Shown here piece by piece: positions 58,061 through 64,000 of a DNA stretch of 64,000 nucleotides. Both the position numbers and the translations under genes were made by a program. The DNA comes from a virus. Taxonomy: Duplodnaviria; Caudoviricetes. Positions within the stretch are counted from its first letter, which is position 1; each line of letters starts with the position of its first letter. Location of the stretch: positions 1 through 64,000 of the IMG/VR virus record IMGVR_UViG_2926068284_000002; one strand, written 5' to 3'. The notes below the pieces were generated by a model. It worked only from the letters and a program-made list of their open reading frames with translations. It searched no databases and was not told the origin of the DNA.

Positions 58061-58073
58061 GAGGAGGACCCCC

Positions 58074-59246
58074 ATGCCAAGCCCCGCACTCCGCGTCTAC
58101 GTCCGCAACCCCGCCCTGGAGCGAATCGGGCAGGTCGACGACTACACCAGCCTCACCGTCATACCCCGCTACAACGCCATCGGGTCCTTCGTCCTGGAGA
58201 TCTCCGCCGACTCCGGGAAGGCGAACCTGCTGGCCGAGGGCAACGGGCTCATCATCCGCACCGCCGACGGCACACTGGTCGACTCGGGGCCGATCCGCAC
58301 CGTCGACTGGTCCCGCTCCAAGGACGACTCAGGGGCCGGGAAGCTCACCATCGGTGGAGTCTCCGACACGGAGATGCTGGCCCGCTACACCTGCTGGCCC
58401 GCCCCCGGCAGTGCCATCGGGTCGCAGGCGGACGCCGTGTACAAGATCAGCGCGACGGTGGCTGAGACCGCCATGCGGACCCTCGTCAACGTGAACGCCG
58501 GCCCCGGGGCGCTGGCGTCCCGCAAGAACGCACTGCTGACGCTCGCGGCCAACGGGAACCGCGGGCCGGCGATCACCCGGCAGCTCAACCAGTTCGACTC
58601 GCTGTTCGCCGTCCTCCAGGACATCGCAAACGCCGCCGGGCTTGGGTTCCGCGTCGTCCAGGTCGGGAGCGGCCTCCAGTTCCAGGTGTACGAACCCACT
58701 GACCGCAGCGGCACTGCCCGGTTCGCGTTCCGGCGGGGGAACCTCACCGACGCCAACTACACCACCACGCCACCGACCTGCACCCGGGCCGTCGTCGTCG
58801 CTGGCGGGCAGTCCTCGCCCCGCCAGTGCAAGACCTACGACCGGACGGATGCGTTGTTCCCCGGTCTGGTCCTGGAGCAGTTCGTCGACCTCACCTCCGT
58901 CGACACCGCGTCCGTCGACCTGGCCGCGCAGATGGACCAGGCCGCCGAGGAAGCCCTCACCTCCGGGGCGGGACAAGGGTCGCTGGCCATCAGCCCGATC
59001 GACATCCCGCAACTCCGCTACGGGCGGGACTACCAGGTCGGCGACACCGTGTCCGCAATGGTCCGCGAATCGTGGATGACCGACGTCGTCCGCGAAGTCA
59101 CCCTCGCCTGCGCTGCCACCGACGGGGTGACCGTGAAGGTGGCCGTCGGGTCCAGCGACGGCGACGGCACAGTCGCCCGCATCTACAAGTTCCTCGCCCA
59201 GCTCAAACGAGACCTGGGCAGAGTCAAGACCCGGAAGGCGGCCTGA
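58074..59246 (+). CDS. Baseplate hub/minor tail protein (ReqiPepy6 Gp37-like)
   Basis: YGRDYQVGDTV...VVREV; position. Confidence 0.78.
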   Translation: MPSPALRVYVRNPALERIGQVDDYTSLTVIPRYNAIGSFVLEISADSGKANLLAEGNGLIIRTADGTLVDSGPIRTVDWSRSKDDSGAGKLTIGGVSDTEMLARYTCWPAPGSAIGSQADAVYKISATVAETAMRTLVNVNAGPGALASRKNALLTLAANGNRGPAITRQLNQFDSLFAVLQDIANAAGLGFRVVQVGSGLQFQVYEPTDRSGTARFAFRRGNLTDANYTTTPPTCTRAVVVAGGQSSPRQCKTYDRTDALFPGLVLEQFVDLTSVDTASVDLAAQMDQAAEEALTSGAGQGSLAISPIDIPQLRYGRDYQVGDTVSAMVRESWMTDVVREVTLACAATDGVTVKVAVGSSDGDGTVARIYKFLAQLKRDLGRVKTRKAA

Positions 59247-59247
59247 G

Positions 59248-60255
59248 ATGGCTGAGTTCTCCGCGCCGTTCGACGGCTCCCCGATCGCCACCCAGTCCCA
59301 GTGGTCCCGCATGGCCCGCAGGTGGGGGATCGACGGGGTCCACGCCTCCGACCCCGCCGACACCGCCCTCAAGATCAGCGGCAACGGCAGCGGCAACGTC
59401 GTCCTCCAGGCCGGCGAGGCGTTCGTCAACGGCTTCTACTACCTCAACGACACGACGAAGAACATCCCGATCACCGCGAACCTGGGCACAACAGCCCGCG
59501 TCGACATGGTCGTCCTGCGGGCCTCCATGAGCGCCAAAACCGTCCGCGCCGCCTACAAGACCGGCGGCAGCAGCGCCCCAACCCTCGCCGCCGACGAGAA
59601 CGGCGACTACGAAATGCCGCTCGCCCAGTGCACCGTCGCCGCCGGATCCTCCGTCGTCACCGCCGTCAACGTCCTCGACCGCCGCTGGTTCACCGACCGC
59701 GGCGCCGTCCCCGGCCTCCCCGGCGCCCGCCGCCCGAGCGTGAGGGGGCAACTCCTCGTCGAGGGCACGAAGCTGTACGTCGGCGACGGGGCCGGCTGGC
59801 AGTGGCTCACGTCACCGGGTGTTGAGGAGGACACGTACACCCCGCAGTGGACCGTCGGCAGCACCACCATCCAATGGGGCGCGTCAGCAACGAACTTCGG
59901 CCGGTACACGGTGCGCGGCAAGCGGGTCGACCTCCTCATCCACCTGGTCCCGTCCGCGAACCCGATCTCCTCCACCGAGCCGATCATGGTGTCGCTGCCG
60001 CCCGGATACCCGGCCGCCTCCAACCACCGGGCAATCCTCAACTGGGCATTCACCGGGACCAACGGCGACGGCATCGGCAGCGCCGTCATCTACCCCACCC
60101 TGTCCACCACGAAGATCGCCCGCCTGCGGTACGCCATGAGCAACAGCGTCAGCAGCACCACGCCGCCCGAAGTGTTCACCATGCACACCACCCAACCGTG
60201 GCCCATGCGCGCCGGGGACGTCCTAACCATCGACGGCTCCTACTGGCTCGCCTAA
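59248..60255 (+). CDS. Minor tail protein
   Basis: AGEAFVNGFYY, RVDMVVLR, YEMPLA. Confidence 0.75.
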   Translation: MAEFSAPFDGSPIATQSQWSRMARRWGIDGVHASDPADTALKISGNGSGNVVLQAGEAFVNGFYYLNDTTKNIPITANLGTTARVDMVVLRASMSAKTVRAAYKTGGSSAPTLAADENGDYEMPLAQCTVAAGSSVVTAVNVLDRRWFTDRGAVPGLPGARRPSVRGQLLVEGTKLYVGDGAGWQWLTSPGVEEDTYTPQWTVGSTTIQWGASATNFGRYTVRGKRVDLLIHLVPSANPISSTEPIMVSLPPGYPAASNHRAILNWAFTGTNGDGIGSAVIYPTLSTTKIARLRYAMSNSVSSTTPPEVFTMHTTQPWPMRAGDVLTIDGSYWLA

Positions 60256-60273
60256 CCCCCGAAAGGACACACC

Positions 60274-62049
60274 ATGCGACACCTCTTCGGGGGCACCACC
60301 TCGGACTACGCCATGCAGCAGGTCGGCAACCAGCTCCTGCTCCGCCCCGGCGCCACCGGCCAGGTGTGGAACGCGGTAGTCGGCGGCACCCAGCTCACCG
60401 ACCTGACCGACACCAGCGGTGTGCCGATCACCAGCGTAGTCGCCGCAGCCGACGGGTCCGTGTCCTTCTACGGACCTGAGGACGCCACCGAATGCTTCAT
60501 CGACTTCGGGTTCGGCCGCCGCTACACGCTGATCGCCTCCGACATCGCGAGCACTGTCTCCGCCCGCCTCAACAGCCTGGTGGCGACGGCCGCCGACGAC
60601 GCGGCGGCAAAGGCGACCGCAGCACAGGCGGCGGCCACTGCGGCTGCCGCGTCGTCGGCGGCAGCCCTGTACCTGCCGAACGCCGTCCAGACCATCGACA
60701 CGCTCCTCAGTGGGGCAACACCGTCATCCCCCGTGTACTTCGGGCACCGTGGTGGGGGCATGGTGCGCCCGGAGCACACCCTGGCTGGATACCGGGCTAC
60801 CGCGGCGATGCGGTACCCGCTGGAGATCTCCGTCAACGTCGACGCGTCCGGGGAGTTGTGGTGCTTGCATGACCCGACTGTGGACCGGACGACGAACCGG
60901 ACGGGGTTGCTGAGTTCGTTCACGACGGAGGAGGTTGCCCAGCAGATCCAGACGAACGCCCGGCCGCTGCTGGGGGCCGGGTGGGCGGAGCAGCGGCTTG
61001 TGCCGCTACGGCAGGTGCTGGACGAGTTCCTGGGGCGGGTGCCGATCCTGCTGGAGCCGAAGGCCAACGACGCGGTGGTGCCCACCCAGCAGCTGCTGGA
61101 CGCCTCATACCCGCATGCCCCGCGCAGCGTGATTTGGAAGGCGCACATCGGGACGCTGAGCCTGCCGTGGGCTAAGGCGCGCGGGTACCGGACGTGGGTG
61201 TACCTGGACTCGGGCACCACCGACGCGACGATGGACGCCAAGGACTCCCTGGTGGACTACTGGGGTGTGAACACCACGTTCTCGGATGCGCGGATCACCC
61301 AGGTGAAGGACCGGGGGAAGCCCGTGTTCGCGTGGGCGGTGTACCGGCGCTCCCAGGTTGCCCGCCTGACTGGTCTGGGTGTGGTCGGGATGATGTCGTC
61401 GGACCCCCGGTACGTGTCGACGTCGGCCCCTCAGCGGACCGCGTCCCGGTGGGATCTGCAGGTCAAGGAGTCGGGGTGCACGCCGACGATCGACTACGAC
61501 GAGACCTACGCTTTGCAGTTCGCCCCGTCTCCGGATGTGGGCTGGGTTTCGGTCGCGGCGGTGCCGTTCCAGTCGGTGGGGTTGGGCACGTACTGCCCGA
61601 TCGCGGTGGGGGCGGGCGGGTACCGGATCAGCTTCGACATGAAGTTCAAGGTGCTGCCGTCGTCGACACTGCACGGGGGGATCTACTTCGGGAAGCAGTC
61701 GGACGATCCGTACCGGTTCTCCCAGTCGAACGCCACGGGCGGGTACCACTTGGTGATGCGGGCGAACGGCCAGATGCAGCTGAACAAGCACACCGCTGGG
61801 GTGACGTCGGGAACGACGATGGGCTCAGTGATCGCAACGACAGCACCGACAGCTGACGGGGTGATGAGCTTCCAGGTAGACGTGACCCCCACAACGGTGG
61901 AGGTTCGGCGCACGGACGGCACGGGGTGGACGACGGGGGCCTTGGCGGATACGACGTACCGGGGCGGCTACTTCGGGCTGTCGAATGGGTCGATCACGGA
62001 TGTGGCGACCCGCCCGTACTGGCGGAACCTGGTGGTCACCCAGCTGTGA
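60274..62049 (+). CDS. Tail fibre/receptor-binding protein with a glycerophosphodiester phosphodiesterase domain
   Basis: Tail-type N-terminus; GHRGG..PEHTL, LHDPTVDRTT, LEPK GDPD motifs; beta-sandwich C-terminus. Confidence 0.8.
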   Translation: MRHLFGGTTSDYAMQQVGNQLLLRPGATGQVWNAVVGGTQLTDLTDTSGVPITSVVAAADGSVSFYGPEDATECFIDFGFGRRYTLIASDIASTVSARLNSLVATAADDAAAKATAAQAAATAAAASSAAALYLPNAVQTIDTLLSGATPSSPVYFGHRGGGMVRPEHTLAGYRATAAMRYPLEISVNVDASGELWCLHDPTVDRTTNRTGLLSSFTTEEVAQQIQTNARPLLGAGWAEQRLVPLRQVLDEFLGRVPILLEPKANDAVVPTQQLLDASYPHAPRSVIWKAHIGTLSLPWAKARGYRTWVYLDSGTTDATMDAKDSLVDYWGVNTTFSDARITQVKDRGKPVFAWAVYRRSQVARLTGLGVVGMMSSDPRYVSTSAPQRTASRWDLQVKESGCTPTIDYDETYALQFAPSPDVGWVSVAAVPFQSVGLGTYCPIAVGAGGYRISFDMKFKVLPSSTLHGGIYFGKQSDDPYRFSQSNATGGYHLVMRANGQMQLNKHTAGVTSGTTMGSVIATTAPTADGVMSFQVDVTPTTVEVRRTDGTGWTTGALADTTYRGGYFGLSNGSITDVATRPYWRNLVVTQL

Positions 62050-62123
62050 TCACTTGCCTGGTGCGCCGACTTTCCTGCACGAGGGAAGCGGCGGACCAGG
62101 CAAGCTAGCCGTCTTCCTGCTGC

Positions 62124-62435
62124 TCATAGGTGATCCCGCCAGTTCATGCCGTAGGCAAGTGCGCCTGGGTCTGCTGCAGGTTCGCCGTTGTCGTACTGGG
62201 CGACGGTGAGGGTCATGCCGTCGCCTGTGCGGTCCACTTCGGTGACCTTGCCGAGGGCCATTACCTTGCCGGTGGCGGGGTCGGTGCAGGCGACGAGACG
62301 GCCGACGAGCGGGTCCCGTTCGGGCTCGGTGCGCGAGGTGCACCCGCACGCCCGGCCGTTGATCAGGAGGAGCCCACAGTCCGGCTTGGTACAGCGGATG
62401 GCGGACTGGATGGGGCCACCCAGGCGGTAACTCAC
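62124..62435 (-). CDS. Phage hypothetical protein
   Basis: GTGA-coupled leftward operon. Confidence 0.55.
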   Translation of the reverse strand: MSYRLGGPIQSAIRCTKPDCGLLLINGRACGCTSRTEPERDPLVGRLVACTDPATGKVMALGKVTEVDRTGDGMTLTVAQYDNGEPAADPGALAYGMNWRDHL

Positions 62436-62565
62436 GGCGTCCACCCTTCGACGGCGGCCCAGATGAGGCTGACAGCAAGGAGGGTAAGCGCGATGGCCAG
62501 CCATGTCATCGGGAGGGTGATGAGGTCCGCCACGAACTGGCGGCAGGCGCTACGGGGCCTCTCGG

Positions 62566-62874
62566 TCACTTCGCCTCCTTCGTCATTGCGGTCGGTGGTT
62601 CGACGAGGCACGGCGTGGTGCACCGTTCCGTCAACGGCTCACCCGTGTCGTTGGGGTCGACGCGGATCTGCCCGTCGGCACTGAGCACGAACGCGGTGTA
62701 GTAGATGGTGCGGTTGCCGGGCGGGCCCGTGACGGTGATGTCCCGACGAGGGATACGCAAGGGGATGTTGTTCGCCCGGAGCCAGTCCTTGACCTGATCG
62801 TGGAGCGGGCTGCCCCAGAACGGGTCGTCGTCCGAAGGGGCAGGCACGGTAATGGTCGGGTCGGTGTCGGTCAC
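62566..62874 (-). CDS. Phage hypothetical protein
   Basis: GGAGG RBS, GTGA overlap. Confidence 0.6.
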   Translation of the reverse strand: MTDTDPTITVPAPSDDDPFWGSPLHDQVKDWLRANNIPLRIPRRDITVTGPPGNRTIYYTAFVLSADGQIRVDPNDTGEPLTERCTTPCLVEPPTAMTKEAK

Positions 62875-63260
62875 GTTGCCTCCCGCATCTGAAGGTCGAG
62901 TTCGTCCCCCAGTCGCAGGAGTCGTTCCCACGGCCAGCACGTGGTGTACGCCTTCTTCACGGCCGCCTCTACGAGCGGGTCCGTCGTCTGGTAGCCGGCG
63001 GCGAGGACCCGCAGCCAGTCCCGGTCGACCCAGCTTGTACCGCCGTGGCAGCACGGAAGCTTGGCCGGCTGATGGCGGCTCGCGGGGCAGCCGACTTCGA
63101 CGAGGGGGTAGGAGAACGCTCCGATGATGAGGTCACAGTGCGGGTGCCCGCCGATCCCGGCGGCCACCGCTTCCTCGGCGTCTTCGCGGCGGTGCCAGTC
63201 CTGGTCGATGACGATGGCCGGGTCGTGGGACAGGCACAGCACACGGTAGGTACTGCTCAC
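62871..63260 (-). CDS. Phage hypothetical protein
   Basis: GAGGAG RBS; YRVLCLSHDPAI. Confidence 0.6.
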   Translation of the reverse strand: MSSTYRVLCLSHDPAIVIDQDWHRREDAEEAVAAGIGGHPHCDLIIGAFSYPLVEVGCPASRHQPAKLPCCHGGTSWVDRDWLRVLAAGYQTTDPLVEAAVKKAYTTCWPWERLLRLGDELDLQMREAT

Positions 63261-63374
63261 CGACTTCTCCTCGGGTTGAGCCAGGCCGCCCGCTGAAGGG
63301 TCAGCCGCCCGTCGGGCTGCCGCTCCCACCAGTACGGCTTGCCGAACAGCCACACAGTGCGCAGCCTGTCGGGA

Positions 63375-63767
63375 TCACGCATCGTCGGTCTCCTCGTCGT
63401 CGAGTCCGTAGCCCTCGGCGAGGGCGAGAATGGTGGGACAGTTGCCGCGTCCTTCGGTGTCCGTGCCGCCGTACTCGTCTGCGGTGACGTGGCAGGTGAC
63501 GCACCCAAAGTCGGCACCCTTGGCCCGGTAGAGGGGGCTGACGACTTCGTCGGTGTACGGGTGCGCTTCGAGGATCTTGCGGTGGGCGGCACACCACCGG
63601 TCCTCTACTGACCCGATCTCCGCTGCTGCTTGGGCCTTGTCGAGGAGGCCGCTGATCCAGTCGTGGAGGCCGGGGGTGACGTCGAAGGTCACCTTCTCGT
63701 AGTCGAAGTCGGGGTCGCCGTCTGAGAGGCGCCGGAGGTCGGCCAGGCGCAGCTTCTTAGGGCTCAC
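63375..63767 (-). CDS. Phage hypothetical protein (DUF6221-like tail)
   Basis: AAGGAGG RBS; CVTCH...CPTILALAEGYG. Confidence 0.6.
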   Translation of the reverse strand: MSPKKLRLADLRRLSDGDPDFDYEKVTFDVTPGLHDWISGLLDKAQAAAEIGSVEDRWCAAHRKILEAHPYTDEVVSPLYRAKGADFGCVTCHVTADEYGGTDTEGRGNCPTILALAEGYGLDDEETDDA

Positions 63768-64000
63768 GGGGTGCCTCCTTGCGGAGCACGGCCAGCACTG
63801 CCGTGGCTACGTGCCCGCCCATGTCGCCGGGGAGATCCTGGTTCAGCACGGTGCGCACGGCCAGAGCGACGCGGGCGTGTACGGGGTCCCCGTCCTCGTC
63901 GAGGGCGGCGTCGATGATGTCGGCTACGGGGTCCCATGTGCGGGTGGTGGCCCGGATGAAAGCGGAGGCGTCACGTACCCGTCGGATGGTGGCCTCGGCC

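Larger units (their letters stand above)
511..64000. mobile_element. Temperate siphovirus-like prophage carrying an AICE-like transfer module; right end not in window
   Basis: Integrase, repressor, replication, terminase, portal, capsid and tail genes form one continuous block; phage-like small ORFs continue to the window end. Confidence 0.93.

Overview
High-GC actinobacterial DNA, most likely Streptomyces (WhiB, TraB-type transfer genes, an in-frame TTA codon). Apart from about 500 bp of host sequence at the left, the whole window is one large temperate siphovirus-like prophage, and its right end lies beyond 64 kb. Order from the left: tyrosine integrase; repressor/Cro/Xis switch; early genes (RecE/RecT-like pair, WhiB, DUF5131, C5 DNA methyltransferase); lambda-like replication (initiator with internal iterons, DnaC-like loader, DnaB); a YhhQ/VUT transporter plus TGT/DpdA-like gene pair; a leftward four-gene operon containing an Aca2/YdiL-like HTH gene, with a palindromic operator and repeated 5'-UTR hairpins; a stand-alone HEPN gene; an AICE/plasmid-like conjugative module (two Nudix genes, Kor-like repressor, Spd/TraA-like genes, TraB FtsK-type translocase, CTGACAC repeat cluster); HD hydrolase and NDT-like accessory genes; a packaging operon (MuF-terS-terL-portal) transcribed away from the capsid-tail operon; a tape measure protein with M23 and SLT domains; and a GDPD tail protein. 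No lysis cassette or attR is recognisable in the window. All family calls come from recognising motifs by eye, not from database searches.
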